Source: an uncultured delta proteobacterium
Lineage (GTDB): Bacteria; Desulfobacterota; Binatia; UBA9968
Assembly (NCBI GenBank): GCA_963755715.1
Contig: CAVWLW010000017.1
Coordinates: 1-64,000 of the forward strand
Direction: 5' to 3'
Length of the DNA stretch: 64,000 nt
Shown here piece after piece: positions 18,044 to 29,054 of this stretch. Positions within the stretch are counted from its first letter, which is position 1. Every line of letters begins with the position of its first letter. Made by a program: the position numbers and the translations under genes. Below the pieces are notes generated by a model. That model did no database searches. It saw only the letters and a list, made by a program, of their open reading frames with translations, and was not told the origin of the DNA.

Positions 18044-19153
18044 TCACACTGCTTCGCTTGCCTGCCAGAGTCGCATCCAGTTTTCGGCGTGGCCGCTGCG
18101 AATCGTTTCCCGACACTTATCCATGAGCCGATGGTAAAAGTAAAGATTATGCAGGCTGTTTAATTGAGCGGAGAGAATTTCACCGGCCATGTACAGGTGA
18201 CGCAAATAGGCGCGCGAAAAATTGCGGCAGCAATAACAGCCGCAGTCTTCGTCCAACGGCCGCGGGTCGGCCGCGAATTCGGCGCGCTTGATGTTCAGCT
18301 TGCCTTTCGAAGTGTAGAGCGTGCCGTTGCGCGCATTGCGCGTCGGAATCACGCAGTCGAACATATCGAAACCGGCGCGTACGGCGTCGATGATGTCTTG
18401 CGGCCGGCCGACGCCCATCAAATAACGCGGCCGATCGGCGGGTAACAAGTCGACGGTAAAGCTGCCGATCGCATTGAGCTGCGCTTCACCTTCGCCGACG
18501 CCTAATCCGCCGACGGCAAAACCTTCGAAGGGCAGCGGCACCATCGCTTCGACGCAATCGCGGCGCAAATCCTCGAACAAGCCGCCCTGAATGATCCCGA
18601 ACATGAGCTGATCGCGCCGCGTGCGCGCCGCCGCGCAACGTTGCGCCCAACGAATCGTCCGCGCGGTGGAAGCGCGAACATACTCGCGCGCGGCGTCCGC
18701 GGGAATGCACTCATCGAGCGTCATGGCGATATCGCTGCCCAGCGCCTCTTGAATTTCCACCGCCTTTTCCGGCGTGAGCAGGTGCGAAGAACCGTCCAGG
18801 TGGGATTGAAATTGCGCGCCTTCTTCGCTGATCTTGCGCATCGCGCCCAAGCTAAAAACCTGATAACCGCCGCTGTCAGTTAAGATCGGTTTGTCCCAGC
18901 CCATGAAACGGTGCAAGCCGCCGAGCGCACGGATCACCTCATGTCCCGGCCGCAGATAGAGATGATAAGTGTTGCCCAGTAAAATCTGACAACCGAGGTC
19001 GCGCAAATCGCGCGGCAACATCGCTTTCACCGTGCCCTGCGTGCCCACCGGCATAAAGCAAGGCGTCTCGACCTCGCCGTGAGTCGTGATGAGATGGCCG
19101 AGGCGGGCGTTGCTGGCAACGTCTTTCTTCAAAATAGTGAAATGACCATTCAT
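18044..19153 (-). CDS. tgt: tRNA-guanine transglycosylase
   Basis: TPCFMPVGT, NTYHLYLRPG, TDSGGYQVFSL, DMFDCVIPTRNAR, Zn-binding CGCYCC...H. Confidence 0.97.
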   Translation of the reverse strand: MNGHFTILKKDVASNARLGHLITTHGEVETPCFMPVGTQGTVKAMLPRDLRDLGCQILLGNTYHLYLRPGHEVIRALGGLHRFMGWDKPILTDSGGYQVFSLGAMRKISEEGAQFQSHLDGSSHLLTPEKAVEIQEALGSDIAMTLDECIPADAAREYVRASTARTIRWAQRCAAARTRRDQLMFGIIQGGLFEDLRRDCVEAMVPLPFEGFAVGGLGVGEGEAQLNAIGSFTVDLLPADRPRYLMGVGRPQDIIDAVRAGFDMFDCVIPTRNARNGTLYTSKGKLNIKRAEFAADPRPLDEDCGCYCCRNFSRAYLRHLYMAGEILSAQLNSLHNLYFYHRLMDKCRETIRSGHAENWMRLWQASEAV

Positions 19154-19200
19154 GAAACGGGTCGCACGATTGGAGAAAGAATCCGGAACCTGTTGCCTTT

Positions 19201-20241
19201 TTAAAGTATCAGCATCGCGTCGCCGTAACTGTAAAATCGATACTTTCTCTCGATAGCTTCGCGATAGGCGCGACGGATGAGATCCAAGCCGGCAAACGCG
19301 GCGACCAGTATCAGCGGTGTCGAGCCGGGCAGGTGAAAATTGGTGACCAACGCGTCCAGCACGCGAAAGCGATCGCCGGGGCGAATGTAAAGACGCGCGA
19401 TCCCTTCGTCCGCAACAACTTCGCCTTTTTTCAGGGCGATCCACTCCAGGGCGCGCGTGCTGGTAGAGCCGACGGCCACCACGCGATGGCGCGCTTGCTT
19501 GGCGCGATTGATTTTCGCCGCCGCCTCGGTGCTGAGCGAGTAGCGCTCGCCCTCCATCCGATGGTTGTCGATTTCACTCTCACGCACCGGTTGAAAAGTA
19601 CCGGGCCCGACGTGCAGGGTCAACAGCGCGCGCTCAATACCGCGCGCTGCCAACTTGGTGAACAACTCCGGCGTGAAGTGAAAACCCGCCGTCGGCGCCG
19701 CCACCGCGCCGGGATGGGCAGCATAAACGGTTTGATAGCGATCGTGGTCCAGTGCCTCGGCCTCGCGGCCCCGGCGCACGTAGGGCGGCAATGGCGGTTC
19801 GCCGAGCCTTTCGAGCTGGGTGTCGAAATCGCCGTCGTGATGGAACTCGAGACCGAAACGGCCGCGTCCCAGATCGCCGATCACCTCGGCGCTCATTTGC
19901 GCGCCAAAACGCAACTCGCTGCCAAGCGGAGGTTTTTTCGCCGCATCGATCAGAGCGATCCAGAAATTTCGCCCGGCTTCTGAAAAGGGCTCCAGCAAGA
20001 GCACCTCGACCTGCCCGCCGCTCGCCTTCGTGCCGCGCAGCCGTGCCGGGAAAACTTTCGTATCGTTCAACACCAAGAGATCCCCAGGATTGAGAAATTC
20101 GCCGATCTCGGCAAACACGCTATGAATAATCTCGCCGGTTTGACGATACAGCACCAGCAAGCGCGCCGCTTCGCGCGCGCGGCTTGGATAGGCAGCGATC
20201 AGCGATTCGGGCAGTTCGTAGTCAAATTCCTTGAGATCCAT
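19201..20241 (-). CDS. queA: SAM:tRNA ribosyltransferase-isomerase
   Basis: FDYELPESLIA, NDTKVFPARL, PLPPY, YQTVYA, AAPTAGFHF, TNFHLP, YRFYSYGDAMLI. Confidence 0.97.
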   Translation of the reverse strand: MDLKEFDYELPESLIAAYPSRAREAARLLVLYRQTGEIIHSVFAEIGEFLNPGDLLVLNDTKVFPARLRGTKASGGQVEVLLLEPFSEAGRNFWIALIDAAKKPPLGSELRFGAQMSAEVIGDLGRGRFGLEFHHDGDFDTQLERLGEPPLPPYVRRGREAEALDHDRYQTVYAAHPGAVAAPTAGFHFTPELFTKLAARGIERALLTLHVGPGTFQPVRESEIDNHRMEGERYSLSTEAAAKINRAKQARHRVVAVGSTSTRALEWIALKKGEVVADEGIARLYIRPGDRFRVLDALVTNFHLPGSTPLILVAAFAGLDLIRRAYREAIERKYRFYSYGDAMLIL

Positions 20242-20255
20242 GGGTGTCAATAAAA

Positions 20256-20282
20256 TAAGGGCACGGCATGCCGTGCCCTTAC
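20256..20282. repeat. REP-like perfect palindrome
   Basis: TAAGGGCACGGCATGCCGTGCCCTTA is self-complementary; intergenic. Confidence 0.7.
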
Positions 20283-20328
20283 GTGATTACTCAGCGAAGT
20301 TGAATTGCGGGTTTGTTGATCGCGATCT

Positions 20329-21087
20329 TTATGATGGCTCGTTCTTTTTAAGAAACGGCGTCAGCAAATCGATCGGCACTGGAAAGATCGTCGTCGAATT
20401 CTTTTCCGACGCTACTTCAACGAGACTCTGCAAAAAGCGTAGCTGCAACGCCATCGGTTGTTTGCTGATGACCTCGGCCGCATCGGCCAATTTCTGCGAG
20501 GCCTGAAACTCACCGTCGGCATGAATCACTTTCGCGCGCCGCTCGCGCTCAGCTTCGGCCTGCTTGGCCATGGCGCGCTGCATTTCCTGGGGCAGATCGA
20601 TATGCTTGAGCTCGACTAGGACGACTTTGATGCCCCAAGGATCGGTTTGCTGATCGAGAATTTCCTGGATCCGGCTGTTGATCCGCTCCCTTTCAGCGAG
20701 CAATTCGTCGAGTTCGCCCTGGCCGCAAACGCTTCTCAACGTGACCTGCGCCAGCTGCGAGGTGGCGAATAAATAATTCTCCACTTCTATCACCGCGCGG
20801 GTCGGTTCGAGCACGCGAAAATACAAAACCGCATTTACTTTAACCGAGACGTTGTCGCGCGTGATGACATCCTGGGGCGGGATATCCATGGTCACCGTGC
20901 GCAAATCCATTTTGACCATCTTCTCGACACCGGGAATGATGTAGGTGATGCCGGGCCCGCGCGCTCCCACCATTCGCCCGAGACGAAACACCACCGCGCG
21001 CTCGTATTCTTTTAGAATTTTGATGCCGCTGATGACTAATGCGATGACGATGACCAAAAATGTTGCGGGGACACCGAATCCAAACAT
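20329..21087 (-). CDS. SPFH/stomatin-like (slipin) protein
   Basis: [44 protein letters not shown]. Confidence 0.95.
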   Translation of the reverse strand: MFGFGVPATFLVIVIALVISGIKILKEYERAVVFRLGRMVGARGPGITYIIPGVEKMVKMDLRTVTMDIPPQDVITRDNVSVKVNAVLYFRVLEPTRAVIEVENYLFATSQLAQVTLRSVCGQGELDELLAERERINSRIQEILDQQTDPWGIKVVLVELKHIDLPQEMQRAMAKQAEAERERRAKVIHADGEFQASQKLADAAEVISKQPMALQLRFLQSLVEVASEKNSTTIFPVPIDLLTPFLKKNEPS

Positions 21088-21099
21088 ACCTGCCTCCTC

Positions 21100-22413
21100 C
21101 TAGTTCTTCGCTCCTCCCTCAGCTACCCGCGTAACCTTGAGGCGCATGCCGTCGTAACCGATCACTCGCACTTTTTCGCCGCTCTCGACGGCGCCGTCCG
21201 CTTCAGCGCCCCAATGCTCGCCGTGCACGAAAATTCTGCCCGTCGGCGCGAGCTTGGTGCGCGCTTCGCCGATCTCACCGATGAGACCTTCCTTGCCTAA
21301 AGTCGGTTTGGCCTTTTGCGAGCGAAAAACCAGATAACTAATTGCCAGAACAAAGCTGCCGACCGTCGCCACGGCGGTAAAGACGATCGAGCGATCGACA
21401 CCAGAATCAGAAATCGGCGTATCGAAGAGCAAAAGCGAGCCGAGGGCAAGGGAAACAATCCCGCCGATGCCCAATACGCCAAAGCTCGGAAAAAATGCTT
21501 CGCCGACCAGCAACGCCAAACCGAGCAGCAACAACGCGAGTCCGGTGTGATTGATCGGCAACACCTGCAAAGAAGCAAAAGCAAGCAACAGGCAAATTGC
21601 TCCGGCCACGCCGGGGAAGATCACGCCGGGATGGGCGAATTCCATGTACAACCCAAGAAAGCCCGCCATCATCAAAATGTAGGCGATATTCGGGTCGGCG
21701 ATGGCGTTGAGGACCTTTTGTCTGAGGCTCATGTCGTAACGATCGAGACGGGCGTCCTTGACCGCGAGTACGGCTTCTTTGCCGTTGAGATCGACTTTCC
21801 GACCGTCGGTTTGTTTCAATAGGTCGCCCATATCCCGTGCCACGATATCGATGACGTTTTTCTTGAGCGCCTCTTTCTCGGTGATCGCCACGCTTTTGCG
21901 CACGGCTTGGATCGCCCACTCGGTGTTACGGCCGCGCTTTTGCGCGATGCTTTCGCTGAAGGAGGCGGTGAAGTTCTCGATTTTTTCACCCATCACGCCT
22001 TTGACTTCCTGGCCGCCGCCGGCGACCGGGTGAGCCGCGCCGATATTGGTTCCAGGCGCCATCGCCGCGATATGCGCGGCCATCGTAATGAACACGCCCG
22101 CCGACCCGGCTCCGGCGCCGCTCGGCGAGACGTAAACCATCACCGGCACCTCGGCACCGAGCATTTCCTTAACGATCGTGCGCGTGGAATTGAGCAAGCC
22201 TCCCGGCGTGTCCAACTGAATGATCAGCGCTTTCGCTCCGTTCGCCTTCGCTCGCCCGATGCTTTCGCGGATGAAATCGTCCACCGCGGGATTGATGCTG
22301 CCGTCGATCGAAATCACGTCGACATGGGGCGCCGCCGCATCTTTCGTTTGGGCCGTGACCGACATGCCGGCGGCGAGAAGGGCGACGAAACAAATGACTT
22401 TAAAGATTCTCAT
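21100..22413 (-). CDS. nfeD: NfeD long-form membrane serine protease
   Basis: LDTPGGL, AGSAG, MAPGTNIGAAHPV, TM region, C-terminal OB fold (GRIFVHGEHW); adjacent to slipin. Confidence 0.93.
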   Translation of the reverse strand: MRIFKVICFVALLAAGMSVTAQTKDAAAPHVDVISIDGSINPAVDDFIRESIGRAKANGAKALIIQLDTPGGLLNSTRTIVKEMLGAEVPVMVYVSPSGAGAGSAGVFITMAAHIAAMAPGTNIGAAHPVAGGGQEVKGVMGEKIENFTASFSESIAQKRGRNTEWAIQAVRKSVAITEKEALKKNVIDIVARDMGDLLKQTDGRKVDLNGKEAVLAVKDARLDRYDMSLRQKVLNAIADPNIAYILMMAGFLGLYMEFAHPGVIFPGVAGAICLLLAFASLQVLPINHTGLALLLLGLALLVGEAFFPSFGVLGIGGIVSLALGSLLLFDTPISDSGVDRSIVFTAVATVGSFVLAISYLVFRSQKAKPTLGKEGLIGEIGEARTKLAPTGRIFVHGEHWGAEADGAVESGEKVRVIGYDGMRLKVTRVAEGGAKN

Positions 22414-23161
22414 CGCGCAGCTCTTTGATGACTTTCTTGATGTCTTCCCACACCAGTTTTTTGTCCGCGGGGTTGCGCAGCAAATAGGCGGGATGAAACG
22501 TCGGCATCAGTTTAATACCGTGATAGCTGTGCCAGTTACCGCGCACTTTGGTAATCGGAACCTTGCTCTGAAGCAGCGTTTGCACCGCAAACTTGCCCAG
22601 ACCGACGATGATCTTGGGGCGAATGAGATCGATTTGTTTTTTGAGAAAAGGCTCGCAGGCGGCGACTTCGTCCGGTTCGGGATTGCGATTTTCCGGCGGC
22701 CGGCATTTGACGACGTTTGCGATATAGACGTCTTCGCGCTTGAGCCCCATGCCTTTGGTGATGATGTCGGTTAAAAGCTGGCCGGCGCGTCCGACAAAGG
22801 GCTCGCCTTGAAGATCTTCATCGCGCCCGGGCCCTTCGCCGACGAACATCAGCTTAGCTTTGGGATTGCCCACGCCGAAAACCAGGTGGGTTCGCCCCGA
22901 GCAGAGCTTACAACGCTCGCAATCGCCGATCGCAGCGCGCAGCTCTTCGAGGCTCTTAGCTTGGAGCGGTTTAGAGTTATCAGCAAAGAAATCATTTGGC
23001 ATGCCCCTCAGCAAACTGCTTTCCTCGGCGGGCGGCGGCTTCACTGCTGGCGGTTTACCTTTGGCCAATGTTCGAATCCCGGCGCGCTCGCGCCGCTGCA
23101 AATGGCGCCGCAACGTTGTCGTCAACGCAGCAAGCTCATCGCTGTCGCTAACTTCCTCCAC
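22400..23161 (-). CDS. Uracil-DNA glycosylase family 4
   Basis: CERCKLC Fe-S motif, GEGPG, PFVGRAGQLL, NVVKCRPP, TFHPAYLLR. Confidence 0.95.
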   Translation of the reverse strand: MEEVSDSDELAALTTTLRRHLQRRERAGIRTLAKGKPPAVKPPPAEESSLLRGMPNDFFADNSKPLQAKSLEELRAAIGDCERCKLCSGRTHLVFGVGNPKAKLMFVGEGPGRDEDLQGEPFVGRAGQLLTDIITKGMGLKREDVYIANVVKCRPPENRNPEPDEVAACEPFLKKQIDLIRPKIIVGLGKFAVQTLLQSKVPITKVRGNWHSYHGIKLMPTFHPAYLLRNPADKKLVWEDIKKVIKELRDENL

Positions 23162-23248
23162 AGCCGCATATTCCTTTCACGGACGGATCTTACCACCGGA
23201 GAGTTGCGCGTAGCAATAACGCCGAACGCGCCAACAATTAGCGAATCT

Positions 23249-23785
23249 TCAGCCTTGCCCTCGCACCTGCGCCAAGTAGCCGGAGCGCAGCTCGGTGAAG
23301 AACGCTAGCGCCGCAGGCCACAGATAATCCGGATAAGTGTACTGCAAGCCATGAAAGCCGCCGTCGTAATAAAATAGCGTCGCCTCGGCATAGATGCCGG
23401 CGCGTAAATAAAGCCGTTGGCTGGCGTTCTTAGTCGAGGCCAGAACAACTTTGAAGGAGTCGAGGTATCCCGGATCGAGATTGATCTGCCGCCCGCCGGC
23501 TACCGGCGCACGGTATCGTTCTTCAATCGCCTGCGTTTGCAGCTTGACGGCGGCAAGGTTTTCCGGCGATGCCAGAGTAGAAAAAGACAAGAAGCAGCGC
23601 AGCAAACCCGGCCCCATTTCTTTTTCGTAGTATTTGGATGCGGCCCAGGAAAGCGCTTCGCTCTTGCCGTCGACCTCGCCCAGGATTCCGACGAGATCGC
23701 TCTCCACTTGGACGAGATGCTCGTGGCTGGATGAGAGCAGCGCGACGAAGTACTTCGCCGCTTTGGGCTCTCTGGGAGTTCCCAT
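23249..23785 (-). CDS. DUF4416 family protein
   Basis: YYEKEMG, RQINLDPGYL, VLASTKN, YTYPDY. Confidence 0.85.
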   Translation of the reverse strand: MGTPREPKAAKYFVALLSSSHEHLVQVESDLVGILGEVDGKSEALSWAASKYYEKEMGPGLLRCFLSFSTLASPENLAAVKLQTQAIEERYRAPVAGGRQINLDPGYLDSFKVVLASTKNASQRLYLRAGIYAEATLFYYDGGFHGLQYTYPDYLWPAALAFFTELRSGYLAQVRGQG

Positions 23786-23786
23786 T

Positions 23787-24993
23787 TCAGCGCGGGCTTT
23801 TTAACGCGAGGTAATGATCGTAAATACAGTCGGCGAGATCGTCCTTGCTCATGAGCGGCAGCGAGCGGGTCAGCGCCGGTGCGATCGACGATGGTCGCGA
23901 TGTTGGTGTCGCCGTCGAAACCGCTGCCGTCTTCGGCGACGTTGTTGGCGACCACCATGTCGAGATTTTTCTCGTGCAATTTTTTCTGCGCGTTGGCAAT
24001 CAAATCTTCGGTCTCCGCGGCGAAGCCGACGAGCCATTTGCCGTCCTTATTTTGACCAAGCTCTTTCAAAATATCCGGGCTTGGCTCGAGGCGCAGCTCG
24101 ACCGGACCCCGACCCCGCTTGATTTTCCGCTCGGCGACGGCGGCGGCATGATAATCGGCGACGGCGGCCGCCATGATCACCGCGGTGCATTGAGAATATT
24201 CCTTGAGGACGGCGTCGCGCATCTCCGCGGCCGTCGTCACGGCGATCACACGCGCCCCTGACGGCGGCTCCAGCGAGGTTGGACCGCTGATCAGAGCGAC
24301 CTCCGCGCCCCGGCGCACTGCCGCGCGTGCGAGCGCATAGCCCATTTTTCCTGACGAACGGTTGGAGATATAGCGCACCGGATCGAGCGGCTCGCGATTG
24401 GGACCCGCGGTAATCAAGAATTTTTCCGCTCCTAGATCTTTTTTCTTGAGCAAACGCTCGATTTCCTCCGCGATTTTTTCGGGATCGGGCAAGCGGCCCT
24501 GGCCTTCGTAGCCACAGGCGAGATAACCCGACGCCGGTTCCATGATCGAATAGCCAATCCGCCGGAGCTTGCGCAGATTCTCCTGCAAGATCGGGTTATC
24601 GTACATGTGAACGTTCATCGCCGGCGCGATCAAAACCGGCGCCTGGGTCGCCATCAGAACCGTTGTCAATAAATCGTCGGCTATCCCATTGGCAATCTTG
24701 CCGATCACGTTGGCGGTGGCCGGCGCAATCACGAACAGATCGGCGGCATCCGCCAAATTGATGTGTCCGATCTCGGATTCTTGAGTTAGATTGAATATTT
24801 CTGTAGCAACCGGATTACCGGAAAGGGTCTGGAACGTCAGGGGCGTGACGAATTCCATGGCGCCGCGGGTCATGATCACTTGCACTTTGAATCCGGCTTT
24901 GACCAGCAATCTGACGAGCTCGACGGCTTTGTAACAGGCGATCCCGCCAGCGACACCGAGGACCACGACTCGCTGTTTATCGGTAGTGCTCAC
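23787..24993 (-). CDS. coaBC: Bifunctional PPC decarboxylase/PPC synthetase (frameshift near 23870)
   Basis: GGIACYK, APATAN, APAMN, LACG..G.GRL, DPVRYISNRSSGKMG, GFAAET; C-terminus PLMSKDDLA in another frame. Confidence 0.95.
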
Positions 24994-25319
24994 GAAATAA
25001 AAATAACCGATCTGCCGAGAGCGTGCAAACTTCTTTCTTATTGGAGTGTTCCAGTCTCTAGTCAAAAGTCAATGTGCCGCTAATTTGTCATGAATGCGAC
25101 TTTTGTCACTTCTCCAGCCTTCAATGTTGTGCATTGTTGTCTTCTAGCCAAGAAAATTACCTGATTTGCCAATCACAAAGAGCCGACGCACTCACACGAG
25201 CTCGTGGCATGGTTTTGGCGTAGAATATTGAATTCTACATCCATCGATGCAAATCCAAGCGCTAGGCTTGACCATTATATGGAGTTAATGTAAGTCACAA
25301 CAGCAAGAAGAAGGAGACA

Positions 25320-26182
25320 GTGATGAAGAGAGATGACGGGCATCGGGTTCAACGTTTAATTATGGTAGCGACGTCGGCTATCATAATCAGCATAGGGTTA
25401 CTGATCACGACGACGGTCAGCGCAGATGAGAGTCCAGCGCTGGTCGGGAACGACTGGCCCCAGAGTCGGAAGAACAAGTTATCGTGGTCTCACAGGCTGT
25501 AACCCAGCCGGACCTGGCCGCTGCCACTGTCAGTTTGTCCGGAATGGCAGCAGCTGCCTCATCCACCGGAGAAGATTTCGAGGACGATCCTTTCGAAGGA
25601 TTCAACGAGAAAATGTTTTGGTTCAACCGTGAAGTTCTCGATCGCTACCTGTTAAAACCGCTCGCCACCGGGTGGGATTTCATACTACCCGATCCTGTTC
25701 AACGCGGCGTTCACAACTTTTTTGACAATCTCTCAGTAGTGCGCCGGGTCGTCAATAATAGCTTGCAGTTGAAATTCACCGGCGCCGGCACGGAACTTGC
25801 CCGCTTCGGTATCAACAGCACCATCGGTCTCGTCGGGTTTTTTGACGTGGCCAAGGATGCTTTCGGGATCGAGCAAAGAGACGAAGACACCGGTCAGACC
25901 TTTGGCGTTTGGGGCATGGGACCCGGCCCCTATCTGGTATTGCCTTTGTTGCCGCCGCTGACGATTCGCGATGGTATCGGTTACGCGTTTGACGTGGCAA
26001 TGACTCCCTATACCTATTTCATTCCGTGGTGGGGCACCATCGCCGGGACAGTGACCAATACCGTCAACGAGAGGTCGCTGAACCTGGATCGTTTCGAACG
26101 CGTCGCCGAATCGACGGTGGACCTCTACGGCGCGGTGCGCAACGGTTACCTGCAGCGGCGCGCTGCGGCAATTAAACAGTAA
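25320..26182 (+). CDS. mlaA: MlaA/VacJ family protein (indel near 25480)
   Basis: DPFEGFNEKMFWFN, RFGINSTIG, EDTGQTFGVWG, GPYLVLP; signal-like N-terminus in ORF 25320..25502. Confidence 0.9.
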
Positions 26183-26208
26183 TTCATCAGCCTAATTTAT
26201 TCACGACC

Positions 26209-26249
26209 AAAGCGGCAAGATCGGCTGGCAGCCGGTCTGCCGCTTTTTT
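26209..26249 (+). terminator. Rho-independent terminator
   Basis: AAAGCGGCA-AGATCGGCTG/CAGCCGGTCT-GCCGC followed by TTTTTT, downstream of mlaA. Confidence 0.8.
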
Positions 26250-26445
26250 ATTCTGACGACATATTGACGGCTCCTCGTCGCCGGACGAGCAGATTCACAG
26301 CTGCGCTGGCCGCGAAGATTTGGCTTTTAGCCATCGGCTATTTAGAATCTTTACACCGTCTCGACCACACGGCACACTGACCCTTGATCCTCGATGCCGA
26401 GATTACTATGTTTAAATCAATGGACGCCGATCGAATCAATTACTA

Positions 26446-26474
26446 TTGACAACAATTAAGCCGTTCATTATGAA
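26446..26474 (+). promoter_or_regulatory. Putative sigma70 promoter
   Basis: TTGACA-17 nt-TATGAA upstream of 26540. Confidence 0.55.
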
Positions 26475-26539
26475 ATAAGACCGTTTCCACAGCCGCCTAG
26501 ATAACGGATCTAACCAATCAAGGGAGCTTCGAAAAAAAG

Positions 26540-26896
26540 ATGCCACGGGCAAAGAAAAAAAGCGCCGGCCGCAGCAAAGACCGGAGCCATGACTATATCG
26601 ATGACGGCACGCACGATGAGTCGGATGACGAAGATCTTCCAAGTGACGAAGCCGGAAGACGCAAGATAAAGAAAAATTACGAAGAGCTTCTCGGCATCCG
26701 CATCGAAAAACTTCGCGGCCGCGTGCTCAACCGGGAAAAGATCAACAAGAGCATCGACGGTCTTTACTTCATCTGCTTCGCCTGCAAAAGGATCTGTCAT
26801 AACCTTGACGAAGGTTGGATGGAAGAGGCCGTCACGCTCAACAACTACTGCGGCACCTGCGCCAAAGCGAAGGGCATTCGCAGCAGCGCCGCCTAA
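26540..26896 (+). CDS. Hypothetical C4 zinc-finger protein
   Basis: 118 aa; basic N-terminus, acidic patch, CFAC-x21-CGTC; own promoter and AGGGAG RBS. Confidence 0.75.
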   Translation: MPRAKKKSAGRSKDRSHDYIDDGTHDESDDEDLPSDEAGRRKIKKNYEELLGIRIEKLRGRVLNREKINKSIDGLYFICFACKRICHNLDEGWMEEAVTLNNYCGTCAKAKGIRSSAA

Positions 26897-27863
26897 AGCT
26901 CGATTTTAAGCCGTCGCAAAATCTCCGTCAGGTCACCGGGCAATTTTATTCCGAGCTTGACGACTCGACCATCTTCGGGGTGGCGAAACTCCAACCGGCA
27001 AGCGTGTAAAAAATGGCGCTGCAAATCGAATTTATCCATCCGATCGTCGCCGTACAGCGCATCGGCAACGATCGGATGGCCAATCGCGGCCAAATGGACG
27101 CGGATCTGATGTGTCACGCCGGTCTCCATCGTGATTTCGAGTAGAGTCAATCCGCCGGACTGCACCGACCTTTCGATAACGCGTCAAGGCCTTCCAAGTT
27201 TTTATTTTCTTCATCCGCAGCGACTCGGAAACGGCGCGCATTCGACTTTTATCGCGCGGATCATGGGCCAACGGCAAATCGATCACGCCCGCTGCGTTGG
27301 TCGTTCCCCAAACAAGCGCCCAATAAATCTTGGCGACTTGTCTGCGGCGAAACTGCTGGCGAAGCCGATCGAAAGCGGTTTGCGTTTTTGCGACCAAGAC
27401 AAGTCCCGAAGTTTCGGTATCGAGCCGGTGCACGAGGCCGGGTTCCCATCGGTTCTTCCCCACCCCGAGCAGATGAGGATGCTGCGCCGCAATATAATTC
27501 GCCAGCGTGCCCGTATCTCGACCGGAAAAACCGTGAGTCGCGATACCGGCCGGCTTATCGACGATAAAAATCGAAGAATCTTCGTAAACAATCGGCACGT
27601 CAAGACTAGTGTCGGGGAGCGGATTGGCCGCCAGCAATGCCGCGGGACCGCTAAACACCAGCCTGTCACCGGCGCTCAGACGGTCGCCTTTTCGCGCCAC
27701 GTCGCCCATCGATGGAAAAAAATCCATCGCGAATCGCCTGATCGACTTCCCGGCGCGAAAGATGCGGCAAGCATTCGCGCACGAAAGCATCCAGGCGAAT
27801 TGGCTCATGCCCCGGCGCTACTTGCCATTTCATCGTAGCGCGTGCTGTCGCTTGATCCAGCAT
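26893..27863 (-). CDS. RluA/RluD-family pseudouridine synthase (two indels)
   Basis: S4-like RLDAFV...SRRE, VDKPAG, GLVHRLDTETSGL, TGVTHQIRVHLAAIGHPIVAD, FLHA split across three ORFs. Confidence 0.92.
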
Positions 27864-27910
27864 ATCGACTACCGTACTATACCTCGCGATCTACCCAACA
27901 AGGAAATTTG

Positions 27911-29021
27911 ATGCCGAACAATTGTTTCAGCGTGATTATCGCCGGCGGTAAAGGGACGCGTTTCTGGCCGCTAAGCCGCGCCGGGCGCCCTAAACAGTTG
28001 CTCAAAATCTTGAGCCGAAAAAGCTTGATCGAAGAAACCGCCGAGCGCGTCTACGCCCTTGGTGGCCGAGCGCAAACCCTCGTCGTCACCATCGCCGACC
28101 AAGTCGCCGCGCTGCGCCGCGAGCTGCGCGATTTGCCGAAAAACAATTTTCTCGCCGAGCCTCAAGGCAAGAACACTGCGCCTTGCATCGGCCTGGCAGC
28201 GCTCGAAGTGGCGCGGCGAAATCCCTCTGCGGTCATGATCGTGCTGCCGGCGGACCATTGGGTTCGCGATCGCGCGGCGTTTCGACGCACGCTCAAGGCG
28301 GGCGGTCGGACTGGCGCTGCAAAATGATCAACTGATCACGATCGGCATTCGCCCCGATTATCCGGAAACTGGCTACGGCTACATTATGAAAGGCAAATCT
28401 GTTTCCGCAAAACCTTCAACTGCTTTTCTGGTAAAACGATTTACGGAAAAACCGACACTCGCTTTGGCACGACGGCTGGTGCGCCAGCGCGCTCTGTGGA
28501 ACAGCGGCATTTTCGTTTGGAAAGCTTCCACCCTACTCCATCTCCTCGCCCGCTATCAGCCGGTGATCGCCGCAGGATTGGAATCGATCAAGCGCGCCGC
28601 CGCGGGAAAATCGCTGGCCGATCCAAGTCCCAAGCTGCGCGCGGTCATCGCGCGCGAATATAGGAAGATGCCGAACCTGTCGATCGATTACGCCGTCATG
28701 GAAAAAGCCGGCGCCGAAGGCAAGGTTTTGACTCTGGAGGCAGATTTCGGCTGGAGCGACGTCGGCAGTTGGGCGGCGGTGCATCGCATGACACCGAAAG
28801 ATGCCGATGGCAACGCCAGTCGAGGTCGATGGCTGGGACTCGGCGCGAAGAATTGTCTCATTCATGCTCCAGAGCGGTTGGTCGTGCTTTTAGGGGTCGA
28901 AAACGCCGTCGTCGTCGACACACCGGACGCTTTGCTGGTCGGGGCTCTCGATCGCTCTCAGGAAGTGCGCGATTTGGTCGACGCGTTGAATCGCCAAGGC
29001 TTGAGCTCGTACACGGTTTAA
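27911..29021 (+). CDS. manC: Mannose-1-phosphate guanylyltransferase (frameshift near 28310)
   Basis: IAGGKGTRFWPLSR, PKQ, EPQGKNTAP, LPADH, FTEKP, WNSGIF, SIDYAVMEK, WSDVGSW; no PMI cupin. Confidence 0.92.
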
Positions 29022-29054
29022 GCGCGCGGCTGATCGTCGATTCTTCCAACTATC

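Noticed and set aside
25205-25219. Sigma54 promoter upstream of mlaA (TGGCATGGTTTTGGC)
   Set aside because: GG-N10-GC spacing fits but -12 is TGGC rather than TTGC, with no other support.
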